Positions 8,094 to 17,959 of a DNA stretch of 64,000 nucleotides are shown here, piece after piece. Position 1 is the stretch's first letter. Each line of letters opens with the position of its first letter. Both the position numbers and the translations under genes were made by a program. This DNA comes from Alphaproteobacteria bacterium (lineage in GTDB: Bacteria; Pseudomonadota; Alphaproteobacteria; Bin95), in contig OZ224045.1 of NCBI GenBank assembly GCA_963665325.3, positions 320,001-384,000 on the forward strand, given 5' to 3'. The notes beneath the pieces are model-generated. The model worked only from the letters and a program-made list of their open reading frames with translations, searched no databases and was not told where the DNA came from.

Positions 8094-10376
8094 ATGGCAC
8101 CTGACGGAACCCCTGCTCTCAAGGTCGTCGGCACCCGCCCGATCCGCCCCGACGGCGTGGACAAGGTCACCGGCCGCGCCCAATTCGGGGCCGATTTCCA
8201 GCTTCCCGGCCAGCTCGTCGGCAAGGTGCTGCGCAGTCCGCACGCCCATGCCCGCATCCGCTCCATCGACATCTCGAAGGCGGAAGCGGTCCCTGGCGTG
8301 AAAGCGGTAATGACCGCCGCCGACATGCCCGAGATCACCAGCGAGGAAGCGTTCGTTGGCGAAGGCCCGGCGGACTTCAAGGATATGTCCGGCAACACGA
8401 TGGCGCGCGACAAGGCCCTCTATGACGGCCATGCCGTAGCCGCCGTCGCGGCCACCAGTGCCGCTGCGGCCGATGCCGCTCTCGCGGCCATCGTGGTCGA
8501 TTACGAGGTGCTGCCGCACGTCATCGAGGTCGAGGACGCGATGGTCGAAGGCGCGCCTATCCTGCATGACGACATGTTCACCTCGGGCGTCGATCCGAAG
8601 CCGACGAAACCCTCCAATGTCGCCAAGCGCATGGTCTTCCAGCTGGGCGATGTGGATGCGGCGTTCGAGAAGGCCGACATCGTCATCGAGCGCAAATACA
8701 AGACTGCGCCGGTCCACCAGGGCTATATCGAGCCGCATGCCTGCGTTGCGCAGTATGCCGCTGACGGACAGGTCCAGATCTACTGCTCCAGCCAGGGGCA
8801 GTTCATGGTCCGCGCCTATGTGGCCAAGCTGCTTGGCATCGACATTTCCGAAATCCGCGTGACGCCGCTCGAAATCGGCGGCGGCTTCGGCGGCAAGACG
8901 CTGGTCTATCTGGAGCCGCTGGCGGTCGTGCTGTCGCGGAAGTCCGGGCGGCCCGTCAAGATGGCGATGACCCGCGAAGAAGTGTTCCGCGGTTCCGGCC
9001 CGACCTCGGGCGGCACCGTCTGGGTCAAGATCGGCGCCAAGCGCGACGGCACCATTGTCGCAGGCGATGCCGTGCTGAAATTCCAGGCCGGCGCCTATGC
9101 GGGCTCGCCCGTCGGCCCCGGCTGCATGACGGCCTTTGCGGTGTACGACCTCCAGGACGTGCGCATCACCGGTTATGACGTCGTGACCAACCGTCCCAAG
9201 GTCGCCGCCTACCGGGCGCCCGGCGCGCCGATTTCGAACTTCGGCATCGAGAGTGCTGTCGATGAGCTCGCGCGCGAGCTCGGCATGGATCCGGTCGAGC
9301 TCCGGCTCAAGAACGCCGCCAAGAAGGGCACCAAGGCCGCCTACGGCCCGACCTTCGGCGATATCGGCTGTGTCGAGACGCTGGAGGCCGTGAAGAACCA
9401 TCCGAACTACCAGGCGTCGCTCGGGCCGAACCAAGGCCGCGGCGTGGCCTCGGGCTTCTGGTTCAATATCGGCGGCGAGTCCTCCGCGACCGTCAACATC
9501 AACGAGGACGGCACGGCCGTGGTCGCCACCGGCAACCCGGATATCGGCGGCTCCCGCGCCTCCATGGCGATGATGGCGGCCGAGGTGCTCGGCATCGAGG
9601 TGGAACGCGTCCGCCCGATCGTCGCCGACACGAGTTCGGTCGGCTACTGCTTCCTCACCGGCGGCAGCCGCGTCACCTTCGCGACCGGCATGGCCGTGGT
9701 GGAAGCGTCGAAGTCCGTGGTGAACGAACTGAAGGCGCGCGCTGCCAAGATCTGGGACATCCCGGTCGATGCGGTCGAGTGGCAGGACGGCGAGGCTGTT
9801 CCCGCCGGCAGCAATGCAGGCGATTTCGAGCCGCTGTCGCTGGAGGGCATCGCCGCTAAATCGGGCCGCACCGGTGGGCCGATCGCCAGCACCTCTTCGC
9901 TCAACGCCCAGGGCGCGGGCCCCGGCTTCGGCACGCATGTAGTCGATGTCGAGGTGGACCGGGAGACCGGCCATGTGAAGGTGTTGCGCTATCTGGCGAC
10001 GCAGGATGCCGGTCGCGCGATCCATCCCTCTTATGTCGAGGGCCAGATCCAGGGCGGCGCCGTGCAGGGCATCGGCTGGGCCTTGAACGAGGAATATATC
10101 TACGACGACAAGGGCCGGCTCGAGAATCCGGGCTTCCTCGACTACCGCATCCCGGTGGCCTCGGACCTGCCGATGATCGACACGGTCGTCGTCGAGGTGC
10201 CGAACCCTCGGCATCCCTACGGCGCGCGCGGGGTCGGCGAGGTGCCGATCGTGCCGCCCATGGCTGCGATGGCGAACGCCATCCAGGACGCCATCGGCAT
10301 CCGGCTGACGGAGCTGCCCATGTCGCCGCCGAAGGTCCGCAAGGCGGTGGACGAACAGGCGGCTGCGGAGGAATAG
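8094..10376 (+). CDS. Molybdopterin-binding large subunit, xanthine dehydrogenase family, substrate unknown
   Basis: DKVTGRA, GGGFGGK, AYRAPG, GSRVT, EGQIQGG and GVGEVP motifs. Confidence 0.95.
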   Translation: MAPDGTPALKVVGTRPIRPDGVDKVTGRAQFGADFQLPGQLVGKVLRSPHAHARIRSIDISKAEAVPGVKAVMTAADMPEITSEEAFVGEGPADFKDMSGNTMARDKALYDGHAVAAVAATSAAAADAALAAIVVDYEVLPHVIEVEDAMVEGAPILHDDMFTSGVDPKPTKPSNVAKRMVFQLGDVDAAFEKADIVIERKYKTAPVHQGYIEPHACVAQYAADGQVQIYCSSQGQFMVRAYVAKLLGIDISEIRVTPLEIGGGFGGKTLVYLEPLAVVLSRKSGRPVKMAMTREEVFRGSGPTSGGTVWVKIGAKRDGTIVAGDAVLKFQAGAYAGSPVGPGCMTAFAVYDLQDVRITGYDVVTNRPKVAAYRAPGAPISNFGIESAVDELARELGMDPVELRLKNAAKKGTKAAYGPTFGDIGCVETLEAVKNHPNYQASLGPNQGRGVASGFWFNIGGESSATVNINEDGTAVVATGNPDIGGSRASMAMMAAEVLGIEVERVRPIVADTSSVGYCFLTGGSRVTFATGMAVVEASKSVVNELKARAAKIWDIPVDAVEWQDGEAVPAGSNAGDFEPLSLEGIAAKSGRTGGPIASTSSLNAQGAGPGFGTHVVDVEVDRETGHVKVLRYLATQDAGRAIHPSYVEGQIQGGAVQGIGWALNEEYIYDDKGRLENPGFLDYRIPVASDLPMIDTVVVEVPNPRHPYGARGVGEVPIVPPMAAMANAIQDAIGIRLTELPMSPPKVRKAVDEQAAAEE

Positions 10377-10383
10377 CCCCGCC

Positions 10384-10632
10384 TTGGCCCGCATCGTCCT
10401 GACCCACTCGGCCTGCCATCAATACACGGGCGGCAAGGCCGAGTTGGAGTCGGACGCGGCGAGCATTCGGGCTCTGGTCCGGGACCTGGAAACGCGCTTT
10501 CCGGGTCTCGGCCGCCAGGTCGAGGAAAGCATGGCTGTCGCCATAGATGGCGTTATGTACCAGGACGACCTGACAGCGCCGATCCCCGAAGGCGCCGAAG
10601 TCTATCTCCTCCCCCGCATCGGCGGGGGGTGA
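10384..10632 (+). CDS. MoaD/ThiS family sulfur carrier
   Basis: 82 aa, ubiquitin-like pattern ending LLPRIGGG; TTG start 7 nt after the Mo subunit stop. Confidence 0.88.
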   Translation: MARIVLTHSACHQYTGGKAELESDAASIRALVRDLETRFPGLGRQVEESMAVAIDGVMYQDDLTAPIPEGAEVYLLPRIGGG

Positions 10633-10678
10633 GGGCCGTCACCGGCGCCCCGCCGGCTTAGCGCGCAACAGGCCAACG

Positions 10679-11842
10679 ATGCGCCGCGAATATGCCGGCC
10701 CCGAATTCCTGCGCGACGGGTTTCGGCCGCTGTTTCTTGCGGCCGGCCTCTGGGCCGCGATATCCGGGCCATTGTGGATCGGGGTCTGGTCGGGCGCCGT
10801 TCGCTATCCGGGCCTGCTCGATCCTGTGGGCTGGCATATCCACGAAATGCTATTCGGGTTCATCGCCGCCACGCTCGGTGGCTTTCTCCTGACCGCTATT
10901 CCCAACTGGACCGGCCGCCCGCCATTGCGGGGCCGCCTGTTGGCGGTCCTGGCCTCGGTCTGGCTGGCCGGCCGGATCGCAGTCTGGGCGGGCGGTATGT
11001 TGGGGCCCGGCGCCACGGCGGCTATCGACCTGGCATTCACGGGCGCACTCCTGCTGTACGCCGCCAATGAGATCGTGGCGGCAAGGAACTGGCGCAACCT
11101 GCCGGTCGTCGTCGGCGTGTCGGCGCTGTTCTCCGCCAACCTGCTGTTCCATCTTGCGGCGGCGGGCATCGCGGACACGAGGGACATTGCGGCGCGGCTG
11201 GCAGTCGGCGCGATGGCGTTCCTTCTCGCGCTGGTCGGCGGGCGCATCGTGCCGGCCTTTACGCGCAATTGGTTCGCGCAGCATTCGGGACCGGATATCG
11301 CCGCCCCGATGACGACTTTCGACCGCATCGTGTTGACCGTCACAGCGCTGGCCCTGCTGGCCTGGGTCGCCGGCGGGTCCGCATCTCACACGGGCCTCGC
11401 CCTGACAGCCGCGGGGGCGCTCAACCTCGTCCGTCTCGCACGGTGGCGGGGCTGGAGGGCGGCGGCGGAGCCGCTGGTTCTGGTACTCCATGCCGGTTAT
11501 CTGTGGCTGGGCGTGGGGCTGGGCCTGCTTGGCCTGTCCATGTTCGATGACCTGGCGCCGCAAACGCTCGCGTTACACGTACTGACTATCGGGGCAATGG
11601 GAACGATGACCCTTGCCGTCATGACACGCGCCATATTGGGGCATACCAGACGGGAACTGCGCGCCGGGCCGGCGACAACGGTTATCTACGGCCTGGCGGT
11701 GCTTGCCGTGCTGACGCGCGCGGCGTTCGAGCTTGCGTCGGAGCCCATGCTGCTGTGGATGACTGTGGCGGCATGGAGCCTCGCCTTCGCCCTTTTCACG
11801 GCCCTCTACGGCCCCATGCTCTTCCGCCCGCGCGAAGTCTGA
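10679..11842 (+). CDS. nnrS: NnrS family membrane protein
   Basis: GFRPLFL, WHIHEMLFGF, GFLLTAIPNWTG, GRIVPAFT and MTRAILGHT motifs. Confidence 0.93.
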   Translation: MRREYAGPEFLRDGFRPLFLAAGLWAAISGPLWIGVWSGAVRYPGLLDPVGWHIHEMLFGFIAATLGGFLLTAIPNWTGRPPLRGRLLAVLASVWLAGRIAVWAGGMLGPGATAAIDLAFTGALLLYAANEIVAARNWRNLPVVVGVSALFSANLLFHLAAAGIADTRDIAARLAVGAMAFLLALVGGRIVPAFTRNWFAQHSGPDIAAPMTTFDRIVLTVTALALLAWVAGGSASHTGLALTAAGALNLVRLARWRGWRAAAEPLVLVLHAGYLWLGVGLGLLGLSMFDDLAPQTLALHVLTIGAMGTMTLAVMTRAILGHTRRELRAGPATTVIYGLAVLAVLTRAAFELASEPMLLWMTVAAWSLAFALFTALYGPMLFRPREV

Positions 11843-11868
11843 TATCACCGCTGTCGCCGTTGGCCGGC

Positions 11869-13110
11869 CTATGAGGCCGCGTCGCCCTCTCCCAACGGCG
11901 CCAGCGCCGCATTCCAGAGTTCTTCCGTCACGATGTCCAACGTCCAGGGGCGCATGACGGAGGCGGCTCGGGCGTCGCGGAGATGGCGTTCGAGCGGGAA
12001 GCGTTTCAGGATCGCACGGCCCCCGCAGACCCGCATGGCGAGCGAGGTTATCTCCACTGCGTTGCGCTGGACCGTGACGTGCGCGGCGCGGGCGCGCTGG
12101 CGGGTTTCCGGCGTCGGCGGCAGCTTCGCTTCCGAGACGGCGTGGTAGAAGAGCGAGCGCGTCGCCTCGAGCTTCAGCACCATCTCGGCGACCCCGTTGC
12201 TGGTGGCCGGCGCAACGCTGGACCGGCCGGGCGCGCCCGCAAGCCCGCCCTGCAGATAGGCGAGCGCCGTATCGCAGGCCTCCACCGCCAGACCCAGGAA
12301 GGTCGCGGAGAACCCCATCGGGGCGTGCGAGGCGGTGAGGTAGAGGCCGCCGAAGACGCCGGGCGGCAGGATGTCACCGCTGTCCGGCACGAACACGTCC
12401 GTGAGGCGCATCTCGCGGCTGACCGTGGCACGCATGCCGATCGGGTCCCACTCCCCCTCGAAGGCCACGCCCTCGGCATCGCGCGGCACCTTGAGGTAAA
12501 GCGTGCGCTCCAACCAGGTCTTCTCGGAATCGTCCACAAGGATTGCCGGCGTCGCGAAATAGTCTGCCGCACCGGAAAGCGAAACGAAGAACTTGCGCCC
12601 CGTCACCCGGTAGCCGCCCTCGACCTTCCGCGCCTCGGTGCCGAAGCGCCGGCCGCCTACGCTGAAGGCCGTGTCGGTCTCGCCCTGCTCCACCGGCTCG
12701 CTGTGCGGCTGGCCGTAGAACACGCCCTTCTCCACCACTTCGTGGAACTTTTCCGCGCGGAGGCGCTCATGCCGGGCGCGCTTCTCCTCCGGCATGTCGA
12801 ACCGGTCCGCCATCTCCCCCATCAGCATCATGGTGAGGCAATGCATGTTGTAGGTGAGCGCCGTGGAGGCATTGCCGCGTGCGATCTGTTCGGCGACCAG
12901 GCAATAGGTCTCGAAATCCGCGCCGAGCCCGCCATGCGCCTCCGGCACGCAGAGCGCAAGAAACCCGGCTTCCCTCAGGTCGTCATAATCCTCGAAGGGA
13001 AAGACCGCCTCGCGGTCGAGCGCGGCGGCACGGGGAGCGAACCGCTCCTTTGCCAGGCGCCGCGCCTTTTCGACCAGCTCCTGCTGAAACGGCGTTAAAC
13101 GCATGTCCAT
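11869..13110 (-). CDS. Acyl-CoA dehydrogenase-fold flavoprotein
   Basis: GGLGAD, GRKFFVS, WDPIGMRAT and LERHLRDAR motifs; lacks the canonical YEG catalytic motif. Confidence 0.88.
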   Translation of the reverse strand: MDMRLTPFQQELVEKARRLAKERFAPRAAALDREAVFPFEDYDDLREAGFLALCVPEAHGGLGADFETYCLVAEQIARGNASTALTYNMHCLTMMLMGEMADRFDMPEEKRARHERLRAEKFHEVVEKGVFYGQPHSEPVEQGETDTAFSVGGRRFGTEARKVEGGYRVTGRKFFVSLSGAADYFATPAILVDDSEKTWLERTLYLKVPRDAEGVAFEGEWDPIGMRATVSREMRLTDVFVPDSGDILPPGVFGGLYLTASHAPMGFSATFLGLAVEACDTALAYLQGGLAGAPGRSSVAPATSNGVAEMVLKLEATRSLFYHAVSEAKLPPTPETRQRARAAHVTVQRNAVEITSLAMRVCGGRAILKRFPLERHLRDARAASVMRPWTLDIVTEELWNAALAPLGEGDAAS

Positions 13111-13202
13111 AGGGCCGGTGCCTCCAGCTTGCGCGATTCATCCACAGTCCCGGACGGGCGGACCCTTGATCGGATGCCGAATCCCCCGCACAAAGCCGCT
13201 TT

Positions 13203-14168
13203 ATGGCCGATGTCGCTCCATACAGCTACCCGCATCGTCATCTGCTTGGCATAGAGGGCTTGGCGCCCGGCGAGATTTCGGCCCTGCTGGACCTTTCGGA
13301 AAGCTATGTCGAGCAGAGCCGGCGCGACGACAAGAAGGTAGCGGTGCTGAAGGGGCGCACCGTCATCAATGTCTTCTTCGAGACCTCCACGCGCACCCGC
13401 ACCAGCTTCGAGCTGGCCGGCAAGCGGCTGGGTGCGGACGTCATCAACATCTCCCCCGACATCAGCGCCATCAAGAAGGGCGAGACCCTGCTCGACACGG
13501 CGCTGACGCTCAACGCCATGCGCCCTGACCTACTGGTGGTGCGCCACCCGCAGTCCGGCGCCGTCCACCTGCTCTCGGAGAAGGTGGACGGGGCGGTCAT
13601 CAATGCAGGCGACGGCTGGCACGAGCATCCGACCCAGGCCCTGCTCGACGCGCTTACCATCCGGCGGCGGCTGGGCGGCCTCACGGGTCTCACGGTCGCG
13701 ATTTGCGGCGATATCATGCACAGCCGCGTCGCGCGCTCGAACATCCACCTCTTCAACACCATGGGCATCCGCGTGCGGGTCGTGGCGCCTCCGACCCTGC
13801 TGCCGCCGGAGATGGACCGCTTCGGCGTCGAGATCTTCCACGATATGCGCGCCGGGCTCGACGGTGTGGACATCGTGATGATGCTGCGCCTCCAGACGGA
13901 GCGGATGCAGGGCAGTTTCGTGCCCTCCGTGCGCGAGTATTTCCACTTCTTCGGCCTCGATGCCCGCAAGCTGGCGGCAGCGCGGCCGGATGCGCTGGTG
14001 ATGCATCCCGGACCGATGAACCGCGGCGTGGAAATCGACAGCGACGTGGCCGACGACATCCACCGCTCGCTGATCCAGGAGCAGGTGGAAATGGGCGTCG
14101 CGGTCCGCATGGCCTGCCTCGACCTGCTGACGCGCAAGCTGCAGTCGAACCGCGCCGAGGCCGCGTGA
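13203..14168 (+). CDS. pyrB: Aspartate carbamoyltransferase catalytic subunit
   Basis: [23 protein letters not shown] and HPGPMNRG motifs. Confidence 0.98.
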   Translation: MADVAPYSYPHRHLLGIEGLAPGEISALLDLSESYVEQSRRDDKKVAVLKGRTVINVFFETSTRTRTSFELAGKRLGADVINISPDISAIKKGETLLDTALTLNAMRPDLLVVRHPQSGAVHLLSEKVDGAVINAGDGWHEHPTQALLDALTIRRRLGGLTGLTVAICGDIMHSRVARSNIHLFNTMGIRVRVVAPPTLLPPEMDRFGVEIFHDMRAGLDGVDIVMMLRLQTERMQGSFVPSVREYFHFFGLDARKLAAARPDALVMHPGPMNRGVEIDSDVADDIHRSLIQEQVEMGVAVRMACLDLLTRKLQSNRAEAA

Positions 14169-15472
14169 CCAAGCGGACGGCCCCGAAACGCACGGCGCTT
14201 GTCAACGCCCGCCTTCTGGACCCGGCGAGCAGGCTGGACGCGCCGGGCGGTATCCTGATTGAGGACGGGCGGATCGCCGCAGTCGGGTCCGGGGTGACCG
14301 CCGGTTCCGCCCCGGATGGCGCCGCCGTCATCGACTGCGAAGGCGCCTGCGCCGCGCCCGGCCTGGTCGATATGCGCGTGCAGCTGGGCGAGCCCGGCGG
14401 CGAGCACAAGGAAACCATCGACAGCGGCAGCCTGGCAGCGGCGGCCGGCGGCGTCACTGCGGTTGTGGCTCTGCCGAACACCGCGCCGGTCATCGACGAT
14501 GTGAATGTCGTCGAGTTCATCGCCCGGCGCGCGCGCGAGGTCAGGCGGGTCAAGGTGTTCGCCTATGGAGCCCTGACACGCGGCCTGAAGGGCGAGCAGC
14601 TTACCGAGATCGGCATGCTGAAGGATGCGGGCGCGCTTGCTTTCACCGACGGTCTGCGAGCGGTTTCGAACGCCCGCGTCATGCGCCGGGCGCTATCCTA
14701 TGCACAGGCCTTCGATGCGCTCATCGTGCAGCACCCGGAAGAGCCGGAAATGGCGCGGGGCGGCGTCGCGACCGAGGGGGAGATTGCGACCCGCCTGGGC
14801 CTACCCGGCATATCCGCCGTCGCGGAAGCGATGATGATCGAACGGGATCTCCGCCTGGTCGAACTGACCGGCGGGCGCTATCACGCGGCCCATGTCACTA
14901 CCGCGCAGGGGTTCGCCCTCATCCGCCGCGCCAAGCGCGAGGGCTGGCGGGTCACCTGCGATACGGCGCCCCATTATTTCGCGCTCAACGAGACCGCCGT
15001 TGGCGAATACCGGACCTTCGGCAAGGTCTCCCCACCATTGCGCGCCGAAGCGGACCGGCGCGCCGTGGTCGAGGCGCTGGCGGACGGCACCATCGACGCC
15101 ATAGCGAGCGACCACGACCCGCAGGACCAGGAGTCGAAGCGGCTGCCCTTCGCCGATGCAGAGCCCGGAATCGTCGGCCTGGAGAGCCTGCTGCCGCTAT
15201 CGCTTGAACTCTACCATAACGGCCACATGGCGCTGTTGGACGTGCTGGAGAAGCTGACCTCGGCCCCGGCCGACTTGCTGGGTCTGCCGCTAGGCCGGCT
15301 GGCGCCGGGCCGGGCGGGCGACGTCGTGGTCTTCGACCCGGAAATCCCGGCGCGCATCGAGGTAGGCGCGTTCCGGAGCAAGTCCAAGAACTCTCCCTTC
15401 GACCGCCGCCCGGTGCAGGGCCGGGTGCTTCGCACTGTCGTGGACGGGCGGACGGTGTTCGAGGCCAGCTGA
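14165..15472 (+). CDS. pyrC: Dihydroorotase-like protein, probably non-catalytic PyrC'
   Basis: GTGA overlap with pyrB; amidohydrolase fold ([26 protein letters not shown]). The Zn-binding HxH reads DMRVQL. Confidence 0.9.
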   Translation: MTKRTAPKRTALVNARLLDPASRLDAPGGILIEDGRIAAVGSGVTAGSAPDGAAVIDCEGACAAPGLVDMRVQLGEPGGEHKETIDSGSLAAAAGGVTAVVALPNTAPVIDDVNVVEFIARRAREVRRVKVFAYGALTRGLKGEQLTEIGMLKDAGALAFTDGLRAVSNARVMRRALSYAQAFDALIVQHPEEPEMARGGVATEGEIATRLGLPGISAVAEAMMIERDLRLVELTGGRYHAAHVTTAQGFALIRRAKREGWRVTCDTAPHYFALNETAVGEYRTFGKVSPPLRAEADRRAVVEALADGTIDAIASDHDPQDQESKRLPFADAEPGIVGLESLLPLSLELYHNGHMALLDVLEKLTSAPADLLGLPLGRLAPGRAGDVVVFDPEIPARIEVGAFRSKSKNSPFDRRPVQGRVLRTVVDGRTVFEAS

Positions 15473-16579
15473 GTGGCGAAACTGGACCGGGCGGTTCCGT
15501 CGCGGATGACCGCGGTGCTGTTGACCGGCCACGGGGGACCGGATGTCCTCGAGTTCCGCGACGACGTTCCCACTCCGGAGCCTGGTCCCGGCGAAGTGCT
15601 GATCGAGGTGGGCGCCGCCGGCGTGAACAATACCGACATCAACACCCGTATCGGCTGGTATTCGAAGAAGGTGAGCGCCGCCACCGGGGACGGCCGCGCG
15701 AGGGGCTTCGACGACATCGATCCGGACGATGCAACATGGTCCGGCCGGCCAATGACCTTTCCCCGGATTCAGGGCGCCGACTGTTGCGGCAGGATCGTGG
15801 CGGTCGGCAGCAGAGTGGACGCCGGCCGGGTCGGGGAGCGCGTAATCGTCAAGACCATGCTGCGCAGCTATGCCGGCGGCGGTCCGTACGAGTGCTGGAC
15901 CTTCGGGTCCGAGTGCGACGGCGCGTTCGCGCAATTCACGAAGGCCCCTGCCTCGGAAACCTTCCGCGTGCAGTGCGACTGGACGGATGCCGAACTCGCA
16001 TCGATTCCCTGTTCCTGGTCCACGGCGGAAAACATGCTGCACCGGGCTGCGGCGGGCGCGGAGCGCGTGTTGGTGACCGGAGCTTCAGGCGGGGTCGGAT
16101 CGGCGGCGGTGCAGCTCGCGCGCCGTCGAGGGGCCGAGGTCATCGCCGTCGCAGCTCAAGCCAAAACCGAGGACATTCGCAGGATCGGCGCCCACCGGGT
16201 TATCGACCGCAATGCGGACCTGCTTTCCGAACTCGGGCCGGACTCCGTCGATGTCGTTATCGACCTGGTGGCGGGGAGGACGTGGCCCGCGCTGCTCGAC
16301 CTGCTGCGGCGCGGCGGCCGCTACGCGGTCGCGGGCGCTATAGCCGGACCGGTCGTCGAACTGGACTTGCGCACGCTCTACCTGAAGGACCTGTCGTTTT
16401 TCGGCTGCACCTTTCAGGAGGACATCGTGTTCGAGAACCTCGTCCGCTACATCGAGCGCGGTGAAATCCGCCCGGTCGTGTCCGGAGTTTTCCCGCTCGC
16501 GCGGATCGCGGAGGTACAGGAAATGTTCCTGGCCAAGGGCTTCATCGGCAAGCTGGTGCTGGAGCCGCCGCCCTCCTAG
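15473..16579 (+). CDS. Medium-chain dehydrogenase/reductase, quinone-oxidoreductase-like
   Basis: GVNNTD, PRIQGAD, VTGASGGVG and GKLVL motifs. Confidence 0.9.
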   Translation: MAKLDRAVPSRMTAVLLTGHGGPDVLEFRDDVPTPEPGPGEVLIEVGAAGVNNTDINTRIGWYSKKVSAATGDGRARGFDDIDPDDATWSGRPMTFPRIQGADCCGRIVAVGSRVDAGRVGERVIVKTMLRSYAGGGPYECWTFGSECDGAFAQFTKAPASETFRVQCDWTDAELASIPCSWSTAENMLHRAAAGAERVLVTGASGGVGSAAVQLARRRGAEVIAVAAQAKTEDIRRIGAHRVIDRNADLLSELGPDSVDVVIDLVAGRTWPALLDLLRRGGRYAVAGAIAGPVVELDLRTLYLKDLSFFGCTFQEDIVFENLVRYIERGEIRPVVSGVFPLARIAEVQEMFLAKGFIGKLVLEPPPS

Positions 16580-16596
16580 CCCGGAAGCAAGGGAAA

Positions 16597-16995
16597 TCAG
16601 CCCTGCAGGCCGGCCACGGCGTCGATCTCCACCTTCATTCCGGGCACGGCGAGCTCCGCAATGCCGATGAGCGTGCTGGCGGGGCGGGCGTCTCCGAAGA
16701 ACTCCCGCCGTACCACATCGACTGCATGGCGGTCGTCCACGTCGGTGAGATAGACCGTCACCTTGAGTATGTCGGCAAACGAAGCGCCGGCGGCCTGCAG
16801 AATCCGGTCCATGTTCTCGAACAGCCGCCTGGTCTGGGCGCCGACATCGTCCCCGCCGACCAGATTGAGGTTCTCATCGACAGGCGCGATTCCGGACACG
16901 AACAGCAGGTCGCCGAAGCGCACGGCGTCGGTGTAGTGGCTGATAGGCTCGTTGAGCCCCTCGATGCGAAATTCTTCACGCTCCCGTTCGGGCAT
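16597..16995 (-). CDS. RidA/YjgF family protein
   Basis: LFVSG, KVTVYLTD, RPASTL and VEIDAVA motifs. Confidence 0.93.
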   Translation of the reverse strand: MPEREREEFRIEGLNEPISHYTDAVRFGDLLFVSGIAPVDENLNLVGGDDVGAQTRRLFENMDRILQAAGASFADILKVTVYLTDVDDRHAVDVVRREFFGDARPASTLIGIAELAVPGMKVEIDAVAGLQG

Positions 16996-17037
16996 GGCTG
17001 GATCCTCCTTCGCCAGTATCCGGCCACCCCCGCCAGC

Positions 17038-17946
17038 CTATTGCGACGAGCGGAGCCTCGGGTCGAGCACGTCGCGGAGCGCGTCGCCGAAGAGGTTGAA
17101 ACCGAACACGGCGAGCGTGATCGCGAGACCGGGGAACACGGCGACCCAAGGCGCGCTTTCCGCGAACTCCTCGGCCCCGCCCTGCAGCATCAGCCCCCAG
17201 GCCGGCGTCGGCTCCTGCACGCCGAGGCCGAGATAAGAGAGCGACGCCTCGGTCAGGATCGCCTGCCCCACAAAGGCCGTGACCATGATGAGGAAGGGCG
17301 CCATCACATTCGGCGCCATGTGGCGCAGGATGATGCGCGCATGGCCGAACCCGCAGGCTTTCGCGGCATCGATATAGGGGATTTCGCGAATCTGGAGCGC
17401 GGAGGAGCGCACCACGCGGGCGCATCTGGGAACAAAGGGAACGATGATCGCCAGGATCACGTTCTCCGTGCCCGTGCCGAGGATCGACACGACCGCCAGC
17501 GCCATGATGACCAGCGGGAACGCCATAAAGACATCCATCACGCGCTGGAAGATGAGGTCGAACAGGCCGCCGAAATAGGCGCTGGAGACACCGAGGATGA
17601 GACCCAAGAAGCCGCCAACCGCCGCGGAGGCGAAGCCGACGAACAGCGCCGTGCGAGCGCCGTAAACGATACGGGAATAGACGTCGCGGCCGAGCATGTC
17701 GGTGCCGAAGATGAAGTTCCCGTCCGGCGGCACCAGCATATACTCGTAGGAGTTGAGCAACGGGTCGTACGGCGTCACCACGTCGGCGAACACCGCCATC
17801 AGGATCATCAGCACCACGATGATGGCGCCAGCCACGCCCACCGGCTGTTTGCGCGCCGTATCCCGCAGCTTCTCGTGCCAAGGCTTGACGGCCGCCGGCT
17901 CCTCAAACATCGCTACCGCGAGCTGGCCTTCCGAGACTATCGCCAT
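17038..17946 (-). CDS. Peptide/nickel ABC permease (DppC/OppC-like)
   Basis: FGTDMLGRDVYSR, YIDAAKACG and EASLSYLGLG motifs; own ATG at 17946 with SD AGGAGG. Confidence 0.92.
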   Translation of the reverse strand: MAIVSEGQLAVAMFEEPAAVKPWHEKLRDTARKQPVGVAGAIIVVLMILMAVFADVVTPYDPLLNSYEYMLVPPDGNFIFGTDMLGRDVYSRIVYGARTALFVGFASAAVGGFLGLILGVSSAYFGGLFDLIFQRVMDVFMAFPLVIMALAVVSILGTGTENVILAIIVPFVPRCARVVRSSALQIREIPYIDAAKACGFGHARIILRHMAPNVMAPFLIMVTAFVGQAILTEASLSYLGLGVQEPTPAWGLMLQGGAEEFAESAPWVAVFPGLAITLAVFGFNLFGDALRDVLDPRLRSSQ

Positions 17947-17959
17947 GAGACGAGCCCTC

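Noticed and set aside
8094-10376. Aerobic CO dehydrogenase (coxMSL) call
   Set aside because: Gene order fits, but the AYxCSFR motif and coxDEFG genes are absent.
6608-10394. Long antisense ORFs (601 and 783 aa) over the Mo-hydroxylase genes, and similar ones at 30117-31922, 47468-49501 and 16726-18435
   Set aside because: Shadow frames caused by GC-rich codon bias; no recognisable motifs, and they lie opposite well-supported genes.
10633-10678. NnrR/FNR box upstream of nnrS
   Set aside because: No TTG-N8-CAA with correct spacing found.
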